DNA of 64,000 bases. Origin: Malassezia furfur. Its lineage: Eukaryota. The DNA lies in NCBI GenBank assembly GCA_052055015.1, contig JBQJIT010000001.1, one strand, 5' to 3'. Below are positions 34,192 to 44,660 of this stretch, one piece after another. The position numbers were made by a program, and so were the translations under genes. The notes under the pieces were generated by a model. The model was not told where the DNA came from, ran no database searches, and saw only the letters and a list, made by a program, of their open reading frames with translations. The first letter of the stretch is position 1, and every line of letters starts with the position of its first letter.

Positions 34192-37100
34192 ATGAAGCGC
34201 AGCAAGGCGAGTGCGCCCAGCGACGCAGCGCCGTCTGCGAAGCGCAAGGCGGACGACGCAGGGAGTATGCGGCGCAAGACGGCCGAAAATGGCACATCGA
34301 AGCGTGTGCGCACCGAATCGACGCCGGTTGCGCCGCACCTTGCGTCGCGGCCGCAGCTTGAAGCGTTCCCCCGTGGCGGCGGGACGGGCCTAACCCCCGC
34401 CGAATTCCGTCAGACGCTGCTCGAGGGCAGGCGCGAGACGGCAACGAGCGATGATCTGTTTGCCGAGTCAAACAGCAAGCCGTCGAAGCCCAAGGGCAAA
34501 AAAGGCAAGGCGCCGCGCAGTTCGTTGGCGACGCCGGAGCCGAAGGAAAAGACGCGCGTGGAAATGCTCAACTACAAGCGTCTAATCCCCGGTACCAAGA
34601 TGCTGTGCAATGTACTAGCCGTGCATCCGCTAGCGCTCGTCGTATCGATGTGCGACCAGCTGCTGGGCCATATTCCTGTGACGTCCGTCAGCGCACGGCT
34701 CACCGACCGGCTGCAGCGCGCGCTCGACGAAGAAGAGGACGAGGTGGAAGACGAGGCGGATGCACCCGAACACGACCAGTCCCCGCCCGAGTTGCGCGAC
34801 ATTTACGACGTGGGCCAATGGGTGATGGCCAGTGTGGAATCCGTCACGGCGCCCAATGCCAAGCGTCAGTGGGGCATGGGTCGCGAGGGCGGCGAGTACG
34901 AGCGCGAGAGCCAGCGTGTGCAACTCTCAATGGAGCCGAGCAAGGTGAACGCCGGCGTGCACGTCGGCGACCTGAGCAGCGGCTTTCTGCTGCCAGCTGC
35001 TGTGGCCTCGCACGAGGACCACGGCTATGCGCTCGACTTTGGCATCGACGTGCACGGCTTCTTGCCGCTCGACCAGGCCAAGATTCCGCTGCGCCTCGGC
35101 CAAGTAATCCTCGTGGCCGTTGACACGGTTGCAAGCAACGGCCGTGTCGTGCGGTGCATGTGGCCGAACGAAGTGCCGCGCCAGCTCCAGGTGCCTCCGA
35201 GCCAGTCGGCCCTGCTTCCCGGTGCATGCGTGCGTGCACTGGTGACATCGAGCACACCGCACGGACTGGGCGTCAAGCTGTTTGGCATGCTCGACGGCAC
35301 CGTCGACAACGCGCACCTGCCGCTCGTCGCGCGCGAAGATCCCGCGGCAGTGGATGTCGGGAAAAAAGTGATGCTGCGTGTGCTGTGGAATATGCCTGCG
35401 GATGCGCACGAGGCGCTTGCCGCTGACGACGCGGTGGGCGCGCGCCGTATCGGTCTGAGCGGCGCGCCGCACATCCTCGCGCTGCGGGCACCGCTTGCCG
35501 ACGGGCGCACGCTGCCCGATGCCTTCCCGATCGGTACCAAGGTCGAGGCGCGCGTCGTGCGCGTGGCAAGTGAATGGGGCCTACTCTGCGACGTGCAGGG
35601 CGAGGACGTACAAGGGTTTGTCCACATCTCGCGTGTGGCCGACGAGCATATTGATGCGCTGACGCCCAACGCGGGCCCGTACAAGATCGGCTCGGTGCAC
35701 CAGGCACGGGTCGTGGGCCATGCCATGACCGACCGCGTGCTGCAGCTGAGTCTGCAGCCAAGTGTGCTCGCGAAAGACTTTATGCGCGTGAGTGATGTGC
35801 CGCTCGGCAGCGTGGTGCGCGCGAGCGTGCGCCGTGTGACGCCCAAGGCGATCTTTTTGCGCCTGAGCGGCAACGTGGACGGCGTTGTGTTCCCGCTGCA
35901 CTACAGTGACGTGCACCTCAAGCACCCCGAGAAGAAGTACAAGCCAAACCTGGAGCTGAACGCCAAGGTGATCCACACGGACCCCGGCCAGAACCGCATC
36001 GTGCTCTCGCTGAAGCGCTCGTTGGTCGAATCGGAGCTGCCGTTTGTCGCGACGATGCACGACGCGCGTGTTGGTGTGGTGACGCACGCCGTGGTGATCA
36101 AGCACCTACAGAAGAGCTTTCTGGTCGAGCTTGGTGGCACGGTGCGTGCCGTTGTGCCGTTCACCGAGGCATCCGAGTCGGCGCTGAACGCGCGCCAGCT
36201 CGACGAGTTGTACCCCCCGGGCAAGGTCGTCAAGGTGCGCCTCACCCACGTCGAGCCGGACACGGGCCGCATCGTGGCGAGCGTGCGCCAGGCCACGGCT
36301 GCGTTCCTCGAGAAGCTCAACGTGGACACGGTCGAGATTGGCGAGCAGGTCGCGGCGCGCGTGGCTGCGGTGCGCGACGACGTCGTGATTCTTGTGGTTG
36401 AGCCGGCCGGCACCCGCGCGCTGTTGGCACTGCCGAGCTTGGCACGCCTGCGCAAGACAACGGTCGCGACGCTGCGTGAGGAGCTCGCGAACGGTGAGCT
36501 GATCGAGGGTCTCTATGTCCTCAACAAGGTCCCCGAAAAGGGCCTTGTGATCCTGGGCGACCATGCGCCGCACGCCAAGGCCAAGCTCGTGGCCGGCGCT
36601 CAGGCGACGGGCAAGGTGGCCGAGGTGCACGACAAGCAGCTCTTTGCAATCGTGCAGCTGCCGGGTTGTCGTGCGCGGCTCCACCTTACCGAGACCGCCG
36701 ACGACCTGAGCCAGGCGGCGCTCCCCGCGGTGGACGACGACGTTACCGCGACCGTCCTCGACGTGCGCCGCGACGGGCGCGATGCAGACCTGTCGATGCG
36801 TGTGTCGCGCGTGGATGAGCACATCGAGCCAGTCGACCCGGTGGTCGACGGCGCTGCGGCGCTGCAGGTGGGTGCACAGCTGCGTGGCTTCGTCAAAGCC
36901 ATCACCGACAAGGGTGTCTACGTCTCGCTGGGCCGCCGTACAGATGCCCGCGTGATGATCAAGGAACTGTTCGACGAGTACATCAAGGACTTCCGCGGAA
37001 AGTTCCAAGTCGGACAGCTTGTTCGCGGCGTAGTGCTGAGCGTCAATGGCGACAAGGTCGAGTTCTCGCTGAAAGCGTCGCGTCTTGCGCCCACAGCGAA

Positions 37101-38757
37101 GCGCACCACATCGACTCGCATCCGTGACTACCGCCCGGGAGACAAGGTGGATGCCGTGATCCGCGGTACGGCCGAGTACGGCGTGTTTGTGCAGATTGCA
37201 GGAACCGACATCAGCGGTCTCGCACACAAGAGCGAACTCAGCGACAACCCCAATGCGGACGCTGTGCGTGCCTTCGACGTTGGCGACCGGGTCAAGGCCG
37301 TGGTGCTTAAAGTGGACGCCGACAAGGGCCGCATCTCGTTTGGGCTGAAGCCATCGTACTTTGACGAGGAAGACTACGACGCGATGGACGACGAGGACGA
37401 CGAGGATGAAGATGACGTCGACCACGCGTTGGGCGCCGACGAGGATGACGGCGACGAGGAGGATGAAGAGGATGAGGATGACGACGACGACGACGACGAG
37501 GAGGAGGATGACGACGACGACCACGACGAGGACGAGGACGACGAACTCGACGGAGAAATCGACACGGCCAAGCTGCTGGACGATGAAGCTGAAGTGAGCG
37601 ACGACGACGAAGAAGAAGAAAGTGAGGAGGACGAGGACGAGGATGAAGTCGACGACGACGACGGCTTCATTAACGACGAGGAAGAAGACGAAGAGGAGGA
37701 CGAGGAAGCCGACAGCGATGCCGACGAGGACCAGACTGGCGATGCGGCGTCGGACCCATCCGAATCTGAGTCGGAGGATGCTTCGCCCACCCGGCCGAGC
37801 ATGTCGCTGCAGGACGGCATCCGGTGGGATGCGTCGGGACCTACAGGCATGGAAGAGGACTCGAGCGACGACGAAGAGTCGGCGCCCAAGCGCCGCCCCG
37901 GTGCCAAGGTCAGTGAGGACATCACGGCCGACTTGGACACCAAGAAGCTGGAGTCGTCGACCGACTTTGAGCGTTTGCTCCTCGGCTCGCCCAACAGCTC
38001 CTACCTCTGGATCCAGTTCATGGGCTTCCATCTGCAACTCGGTGACGTCGACAAGGCGCGGCAAGTCGCCCGACGTGCAATCCAGACGATCAACTACCGC
38101 GAAGAGCAGGAGAAACTCAACGTGTGGATCGCGCTGATGAACCTCGAGAACATGTACGGCACGCCCGATACGCTTTCCTCCGTCTTCCGCGAAGCGACGC
38201 AGGTGAACAACCCCAAGGAGGTGCACCTGCGCCTGATCGCGATCTACGAGCAGTCCGGCAAGGTCGACGAGGCCGCCGAGCTGTTCCGTCGCGCCGCGAA
38301 AAAGTTTGGATTCAGCACGGGGGTGTGGGTGCAGTGGTACCAATTTTACCTGCGCCACAACCGGCCGGACGATGCGCATGCCCTGGTGCCGCGCAGCCTG
38401 CAAAGTCTCGAGCGCCGCAAGCACATCAAGGCGCTCACGGCGTATACCCTGTCGGAGTACAAAATGGGCGACGTCGAGCATGCACGGACGCTGTTCGAGA
38501 CGCTCGTGGAGCGGTACCCCAAGCGCCTGGACCTGTGGTGGCAGTACATTGACCAGGAAGCGCGTCTTGAGAACATCTCGGGTGTCCGCATGCTGATGGA
38601 GCGCGCCATGACCGCGCGCCACAACTCTACGAAGCAGACCAAGGCGCTGCTGCAAAAGTGGCTCGTGCTCGAGAAGCGCATCGGCGATGCACGGGGCGTG
38701 CAAGCCGTGCTGGACCGCGCGCGGGCCTTTGTCGCAGAGGTGCAGGGCAGTTCATAG
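34192..38757 (+). CDS. RRP5: rRNA biogenesis protein Rrp5 (S1 repeats + HAT/TPR)
   Basis: FPRGGGTGLTP, multiple S1 domains, DFERLLLGSPNSSYLWIQFM, EQEKLNVWIA. Confidence 0.95.
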   Translation: MKRSKASAPSDAAPSAKRKADDAGSMRRKTAENGTSKRVRTESTPVAPHLASRPQLEAFPRGGGTGLTPAEFRQTLLEGRRETATSDDLFAESNSKPSKPKGKKGKAPRSSLATPEPKEKTRVEMLNYKRLIPGTKMLCNVLAVHPLALVVSMCDQLLGHIPVTSVSARLTDRLQRALDEEEDEVEDEADAPEHDQSPPELRDIYDVGQWVMASVESVTAPNAKRQWGMGREGGEYERESQRVQLSMEPSKVNAGVHVGDLSSGFLLPAAVASHEDHGYALDFGIDVHGFLPLDQAKIPLRLGQVILVAVDTVASNGRVVRCMWPNEVPRQLQVPPSQSALLPGACVRALVTSSTPHGLGVKLFGMLDGTVDNAHLPLVAREDPAAVDVGKKVMLRVLWNMPADAHEALAADDAVGARRIGLSGAPHILALRAPLADGRTLPDAFPIGTKVEARVVRVASEWGLLCDVQGEDVQGFVHISRVADEHIDALTPNAGPYKIGSVHQARVVGHAMTDRVLQLSLQPSVLAKDFMRVSDVPLGSVVRASVRRVTPKAIFLRLSGNVDGVVFPLHYSDVHLKHPEKKYKPNLELNAKVIHTDPGQNRIVLSLKRSLVESELPFVATMHDARVGVVTHAVVIKHLQKSFLVELGGTVRAVVPFTEASESALNARQLDELYPPGKVVKVRLTHVEPDTGRIVASVRQATAAFLEKLNVDTVEIGEQVAARVAAVRDDVVILVVEPAGTRALLALPSLARLRKTTVATLREELANGELIEGLYVLNKVPEKGLVILGDHAPHAKAKLVAGAQATGKVAEVHDKQLFAIVQLPGCRARLHLTETADDLSQAALPAVDDDVTATVLDVRRDGRDADLSMRVSRVDEHIEPVDPVVDGAAALQVGAQLRGFVKAITDKGVYVSLGRRTDARVMIKELFDEYIKDFRGKFQVGQLVRGVVLSVNGDKVEFSLKASRLAPTAKRTTSTRIRDYRPGDKVDAVIRGTAEYGVFVQIAGTDISGLAHKSELSDNPNADAVRAFDVGDRVKAVVLKVDADKGRISFGLKPSYFDEEDYDAMDDEDDEDEDDVDHALGADEDDGDEEDEEDEDDDDDDDEEEDDDDDHDEDEDDELDGEIDTAKLLDDEAEVSDDDEEEESEEDEDEDEVDDDDGFINDEEEDEEEDEEADSDADEDQTGDAASDPSESESEDASPTRPSMSLQDGIRWDASGPTGMEEDSSDDEESAPKRRPGAKVSEDITADLDTKKLESSTDFERLLLGSPNSSYLWIQFMGFHLQLGDVDKARQVARRAIQTINYREEQEKLNVWIALMNLENMYGTPDTLSSVFREATQVNNPKEVHLRLIAIYEQSGKVDEAAELFRRAAKKFGFSTGVWVQWYQFYLRHNRPDDAHALVPRSLQSLERRKHIKALTAYTLSEYKMGDVEHARTLFETLVERYPKRLDLWWQYIDQEARLENISGVRMLMERAMTARHNSTKQTKALLQKWLVLEKRIGDARGVQAVLDRARAFVAEVQGSS
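37361..37790 (+). repeat. GAC/GAG/GAA-rich coding low-complexity tract (poly-Asp/Glu linker of Rrp5)
   Basis: Runs such as gacgacgacgacgac and gaagaagaagaa encode an acidic stretch. Confidence 0.85.
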
Positions 38758-38914
38758 AAATGGGGCTAGTTTTACCCAATGCACAAGAGCTCCGGAAGGC
38801 CGTGCGCAAAGGCAGCACCGGGCGCCCTGCCGCACGTCGGGCAGCGCCCCTGACCCGCCTCGGAAGCGGGTCGCATGCCGCCGCACATCGTTCCTTACTC
38901 TCCTCTCTACGTTG

Positions 38915-41900
38915 CTACAGCTCGTCCTCCGTCGCATGGTAGCCCGCGCGGCGCATTGCGCCCAGCACGCGGCGCGCCTGCATCAGCTCCTTCTCGAGCT
39001 TGAGCACCTCGACCTGCTGCTCCATCTCGCGCACCTTGAACTCGTGCGTCGGCATCCGCGAGTAGTCCATATCACCCGTATCGGACTGCCGGTCGGTGAT
39101 GATGCGCACCTGGCGCACTAGGGCGCGGCACGCATCCGTCACCGCCTTGGCCGCGCGCTCCAAACGGTCCTGTGTCTTGGACATGAACTCGGCCTTGACA
39201 CGCGACGCGGCCACGAGCTGCACCGTCGCCGCGCTCACCTCGTTCGACGCGACGATCAGCTGCTCAAGGCTGTGCGAGCCCATGATGACGCCGTCGGCGG
39301 CCTCGATGAGCATGGTCGATGCAAAGGCGACCGCACGCGCCGCCGAGATCAGGCCCTCGGTCCAGCGGTTGTGCTTCTTGTAGAACTGCTGCACGCTGCT
39401 CGTCCCGCGTCCGCGCGCCACAATCTCCTCTTGGCTCTCGGTCGCAGCGCGGATCAGACCACCAATGGCACGCATGATGGCGAGCGCCGCCTCGAGGATC
39501 GTGTCGTGCACCTGCAGCTCGGTCGTAGAGAAGCGCGAGCCAGACTTTTCGCGCGACAGCAGCGCCTGGAGCCGCTGCGTAGCCTGCTCAATGGTCTGTG
39601 CGGCGCCGAGCATCTCGCGCTCGACCATGTCGCCAATGTCGCCGCTCGCCTTGATCTGCTGCCCGGCGGCGATGAGCGACTGCGCGGCGTCGGCGAGGCG
39701 GCCGAATGCCTGGTTCGCCTGCATGTTTTGCTGCGTCGCCACGTTGCTGCGCTGGGTCGGACTCATGCCGGCCAGGCGGAAGGACTGCAGGTTGAGGAAC
39801 ACACGGAGCAGCACGCCGCCAACGTCGATGCCGAGGTTCGTGAGGCGCTCAATCGAGTCCTCGTCACGCGCAAACCGCAGGATCCCCTTGTACGACGTGA
39901 GCGTCTCGGCGGCGGCCTGTGCAAGCTGGTTTGCGGTGCGGATCACATCGACGTGATCACCGCCCGCTTGCTGCTCAAGGTGCAGCGAAAAGACGGCGGC
40001 GAACTCGTTTGCCGATGCCTGGCCCTTTTCGATCATGGACAAGACGTACTCGGGCGTCGCAGCGGTGTTGCCCGAGGCGGTCGGCGCTTCGAGGCCGTAC
40101 AGCGCCTCGTCGATCTTGTCGGCACACGCCTGCAGAATCGAGTCGATGATCGCGCTTAGCTTCTTGGCATTGTCGAGGATCACCGTGTCGATCTGTGCGT
40201 TGAGCGCGTCGTCGTTCACGCCACGGTCGAGGCGCAGGTCGTTCAGCTCCCGGATGGTCGAATCCATGCCCTCCTGCACGATGAGCAGCTCGGCGTCCTT
40301 CGCCTCGAGCTGGCCCTTGTGCGCACGCAGCTCCTCCTCGAGCTCGGAAATCTGCGCATTCATGCGCGCCATGATTTGCGATACCTCCGAGCCGCGCGCC
40401 TGTGTCGCATCTTCGGCACGCTCTTCGGCAAAGCGCAGCTCGCGCTTGAGGCGCTCTACCTCTTCCTTTTGGCCGCCGCGCAGCCGGTCAAGCTCGAGCC
40501 GCGCACGGTCGCGCTCACGGATCATGTCGGAGAGCTCGAGGTTCTTGGCCTTGACGTCGCGTTCCATGCGCTCCATTTTATTGATCGACTCTTGGGCGCT
40601 GCCTGCCTTGAGCTGCACCTGCTTGTACTTGGCAAGCAAATCTAGATGCTCCTTACGCAGCTGCGAGTAGAGCTTGGCCAGCGCCTCGTACTTGCTGCGC
40701 CATGTCTCGGCCTGCTCTTGGAGTTGCGCCACCATCTCGTCTTTGCTTGCCATCTGCGCCGACGTATTCGTATGGATCGCTGTCAGCTCGGTCTCGAGCT
40801 GACGAACACGCCCGTCGTACTGCTGGAGCATCAGCTGGTCCCGCTCGTACTGCCCCCGCATAAGCAGCAGCTCACGCTCCATCTCGGCAACCCGGCCATG
40901 GATGTGGTTCATCTGCTGCGACCGCATCAGTTGCTCCTGCGCGGCGCGCTGCTGCTCGGCCTGCTCGGCCTGCTGCGCCTGGAACGCACGCTCCTGCTCT
41001 GCAGCACGCTCCATCAGGCGCCGCTGCTCGGCGGCCTCTGATTCCTTGAGCGCACGCTGCTTGTCCTCGTACTCTTTGAGCATGCGCGCCTGCTGATCGA
41101 TCTCGTCCTGCGTCGCCGTCGGCTCTTCAGGTGGCGGCGTCTCGGCGCGTGGCGCCTCGCGGGGCGGCAGTGCCGGCACGTCGGGTGGCGGTGCTAGCAG
41201 ACTCGGCGGATCGGTGTTAAGCTTCGGCACATTGATCAGGCTCGTGAGGAACTTGAGCGAGGCACACTCAAAGTAGAAGCGGCGCAGCTCGTGGTGCTGC
41301 TCGTTGTAGCGCCCGCGAAGTGGCTCGAGCGCATCCATCGCATCGGTGCGCCGGTGCATCGCACGGAGCATCGACGTAAGGAACTTGTAGATGCCATACG
41401 ACTCCTTCACGAGCGGCACCAGCGACGAAATCTGGCACTCGTTGTTCAGGCGGCCTCTCAGCGCGGAAAACACCTGCTTCTGAAAGCGTTCAATACGGTC
41501 CTGCAAGTTCATCAGCTCAATGATTGTTTCGTAGCCCTCGTCAGGGTTATCAATGTTCTTGAGCGAGATATACTCCTCGTACTCAAACAGGCCGTTGAAT
41601 TCCTTGTGGATGCGGTGGAACCGCAGCTTTGCATTGATGAACGACACGTACGCAGTGATCAGTGTGCCGTAACCACGGTGCACCGAGTTGCCCGACATGC
41701 GCGCGCACGTATCGAGCCAGTTGATCTGCGACTGCGCCTCACGCAAGACAATCGGGTGGCCTTCCTGGAGCACCTTGTGGACCAGGATCAGCGCCTTGAA
41801 CGTCTGCACCTCATCATTCAAGATGGGCAGCACACGCAGACCCGACCACACTGACAAGGACGATTTGTGGTCCCAGGTGTACACAATGCATTCTGTGTGA

Positions 41901-42054
41901 GCCAGGACGACGTACTCCGGACATGCTTCTGCTTCGGCGCAGTCTCTTCAGGGCTCGTCGCCTTTTTCAGATGCACTGCAAGCTCCTGCTCAGTCTTGTC
42001 GCGATCAAACGGGCGCGTCGCGCTACCCAGCAGCTGATCGGCGTACCGCGACAT
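38915..42054 (-). CDS. SLA2: Endocytic adaptor Sla2/End4 (ANTH + coiled coil + I/LWEQ)
   Basis: ETAPKQKHVR^KCIVYTWD (intron 41893-41915, 23 nt), FYKKHNRWTEGLISAA, EMEQQVEVLKLE. Confidence 0.95.
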
Positions 42055-42145
42055 CACAGCGGCGCTCTTCCAACGTCTGCGTACGCCCACTCCACCGGGG
42101 GCGGGTCGTGCGCAAGCTGACTAAGCAAACGGGACCGGGCGGGGG

Positions 42146-42154
42146 AAAAAGAAA
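42146..42154 (-). terminator. Pol III T-tract terminator of the tRNA
   Basis: TTTCTTTTT immediately 3' of the tRNA discriminator on the minus strand. Confidence 0.65.
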
Positions 42155-42237
42155 TGACCAAGGTGGGGATCGAACCCACGAATAACGGCGTGATAGGTAA
42201 CCTAAAGCCGTCGCAGTAACCACTTTGCTACTCGGCC
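42155..42237 (-). tRNA. tRNA with anticodon UAG (nominally Leu), 10-nt intron, short variable loop
   Basis: GGCCGAG/CTTGGTC-A acceptor, GCA-AAGTGGTTAC-TGC D arm, ACGGC-TT TAG G[TTACCTATCA]C-GCCGT anticodon arm, GTGGG-TTCGATC-CCCAC T arm, then TTTCTTTTT. Confidence 0.85.
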
Positions 42238-42278
42238 GCAAGATCACTGCTATGGTTGAAATGAACGCGTTTTGGAGT

Positions 42279-43653
42279 CTAAGCGACGGCCATCCGCAGT
42301 TCGGCGAGCACCGCATCCCAGAACAGCATCGCGTCGGGCACGAGGCCTACGTTGAACACGGTGTGCGGCGCAGGCGACTCTTGTCCCAGAGTGATCTCTG
42401 CCAGAGGGATGTCGCCAAGCTGCGGGTGCACCTGCGACGACCACAGCCGCCCGCTGGTGCCACGCACCGTGTCGCGGCCCTCGAGATAGAGCGAGGCGGC
42501 GCGCGCATTGTTGAGCTGCGCCACACGGTTGGCGTACACAAACGGACGGTCATTCGAGTCGTCAGTCGGCTTAAAGGAGGCGCGCAGGCTCTCGAGCAGC
42601 GCACGCACCGAGCCGTGCGCGTCCGGCGCCGGAAGCGGCAGGCTACGCCACGCAACACGCGCGTTGCCGACCGTTTTTTGCAGCGACGTAATCATGTCGA
42701 CAGTACGTGCGCGCCAGTTTTTGATGCGCTGCTCGGTAAGGTCCTGCGACGTGACGAGCCCCATCTGCGCGTCTTCCATGGCCCACGTTGCCAGGTCCCA
42801 CAGGCCCGACGAAAACACGGCCAGGTCCACGCCATTGCGGCGACGCGGCAGCGACGCGACGGAGCGTGGCGCGTTGAGCGACTGCAGGTACACACTCAGT
42901 AGCTCCTCCATGCGTGCCTCGAAGCGCTGCGGGGGGTAGAACGTCGGCTGCTTGTGCCAGACATTGGACGTCTCCACGCCGTAGTGGTAGAACGAGGTGA
43001 AGAGCGCGTCAAACTGGTCGATGTAGCAGTAGTCGGCCAGCAGCGTGTCTCCCGGCGGCGTCTCGCTGTCGACGTTCTTGAGCGCACCGCCGAACGCATG
43101 GTCGGCCGTGACGCTGACGCTCGACGTACCAAGCATTGTGCACAGGTTCTGCACCATGGCACGGTCCAAAGCGTCGCCGACAAGCAGCACTGTGCGGTTC
43201 TGCAGCACGCGCTCCAGTTCCTGCCGGTCCTGCGCCGACATGGACACGGGGCGGTTTGCGGCCACGGGCCCCGCGCCCGCGGTCGGCACGGCCGTAAGCA
43301 GGTGCGCAAACAAACGCGGGGATTCGCACGACTCGTCAAACGACTTCCACACAGGGTACGGATCGTGCGCAACGTAGCCTGGCTTCGTAAATGAGCTGCA
43401 GGCGCCGCTGCGCGCGACACGCGATGCCATCGAGTTCGGCACGGAGCTGTGGGGTAAGCACGATGCCCGCGACACCTACCCAGGTACCCCACCCAGCGAA
43501 GCGAGCATAGAGATAACGAAAAACACCAAGGACAAAACTGCGTCAGAATCAATTCAGCCTACCCGTCAGGATGTTGCCCAGGCGCTGCACCTGGGAGTCG
43601 CCACGCGCAGCGCGCGAGCCACCCGTCAGGGGACGATGCCCAGCGTCAGACAT
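42279..43653 (-). CDS. Type II membrane protein, Cap64/Cas3-like (SGNH/PC-esterase-like)
   Basis: N-terminal TM exon (introns 43538-43562, 25 nt; 43447-43479, 33 nt with stop), NRTVLLVGDALDR, SGLWDLA, WR, RVAQLN. Confidence 0.6.
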
Positions 43654-43702
43654 GGTCTATGGAGAACCAGGGAAGAGCGCGGCGCCGAGCTCCACGTGGC
43701 TT

Positions 43703-44542
43703 TTACGCGACGGGGCACCCCGGTCGGGGTGGCGCGTGCGCCGCGGCAGCGTCTTCGGCCATTTTTTGGGCGAGCACGAGCTGCTCAGACTCGGACAGGA
43801 GGCCACGCGCATGGCGTGCCTGCATTGCACGGATGGCTGAGCGGCGCTCCTCGGCGGCGCGGCGCTGAGTCGCGCGAGAGGCGCGGGCGGAGGGTGGCGC
43901 AGCTGCTTGGGAGGACGGCGGCGCGTCCACGGAAGGCGCGGCGGCGGCCGAGGGTATCGGTAAGGTGGCCAACTTGGCGCGGCCGGCGTTCCCTGCGGCA
44001 TGAATCTTGTCGCGGAGGGTGGTCATAGTGCCACGCGGTACATCGGAGCGCTCGTGCGCGGTTGAGGTCGCTGTGCGCGCGGCACAGGCGTGCTGCTGCG
44101 GTGCGCGGTGCTTGGCGCAGAGTCGTGCGTGACACTGGGGACATTCGATAGCGACATGGAGCACCGTAGTACATCTAGGAGCGGCGCACTGGCGTGTTGC
44201 GGATTGCACGGCCTGCTTGCCGTCCTCGGCGAGAACGACCTTACAGCCTCCGAGGGCGACCGTAGGCGCAGCCCAGTGCCGCTGGAGCTCGTGCTGAGTT
44301 TCCTGGGGCGAAGCGCCGCGCACCCAGCCGCGGGGCGGCTCGCGACACAGCGGGCACAGCGGTGCAAAAAATTCGCGCACCCCTTGCGGGCATGCATGAG
44401 CTTCCGGTGTGGCATGGTCGGCGCAGAACCGGTGCCGGCATGCCTGGCACATCAACGGGAGAAACTCTTCGCGCCGACATGCGAAGCAGGGCGCGCCGAT
44501 GAGCAGCATGGGCCCCCTGTCGCGCTCGGCGCGCGCGGCCAT
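43703..44542 (-). CDS. AN1-type zinc finger protein (ZFAND2/Cuz1-like)
   Basis: C..C....FLP..C..C...FC.DH.....HAC and a second C...C...CPQC....C.KHR...HAC finger. Confidence 0.8.
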   Translation of the reverse strand: MAARAERDRGPMLLIGAPCFACRREEFLPLMCQACRHRFCADHATPEAHACPQGVREFFAPLCPLCREPPRGWVRGASPQETQHELQRHWAAPTVALGGCKVVLAEDGKQAVQSATRQCAAPRCTTVLHVAIECPQCHARLCAKHRAPQQHACAARTATSTAHERSDVPRGTMTTLRDKIHAAGNAGRAKLATLPIPSAAAAPSVDAPPSSQAAAPPSARASRATQRRAAEERRSAIRAMQARHARGLLSESEQLVLAQKMAEDAAAAHAPPRPGCPVA

Positions 44543-44660
44543 GGCGTACCTGTTCGCCTGGGAAGTATGCGAAAGTTTGCTGGGGCGTGCGGGCTGCGGG
44601 GCCTAGTGACACACCGGGCGGCGCAGCGCGGTGCGCTCTTTCCTTCCTGCCAAGCCGGTC

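Noticed and set aside
37374..37994. Poly-Ser ORF / apparent microsatellite
   Set aside because: Reverse complement of the Asp/Glu linker of Rrp5; not an independent gene or array.
36106..38703. 865-aa antisense ORF opposite RRP5 (also 46504-48840, 27034-28599, 59886-61412, 58810-59994)
   Set aside because: Shadow ORFs caused by high GC3 codon bias on the opposite strand of well-conserved genes; no recognisable domains.
42155..42237. CUA/CUG codon reassignment implied by the odd tRNA
   Set aside because: CTG and CTA codons fall at conserved Leu positions in proteins of this window; no support for wholesale recoding.
43561..43630. 10-bp direct repeat ACCCGTCAGG 60 bp apart
   Set aside because: Only two copies, mostly within exon 1 of the Cap64-like gene; compatible with chance.
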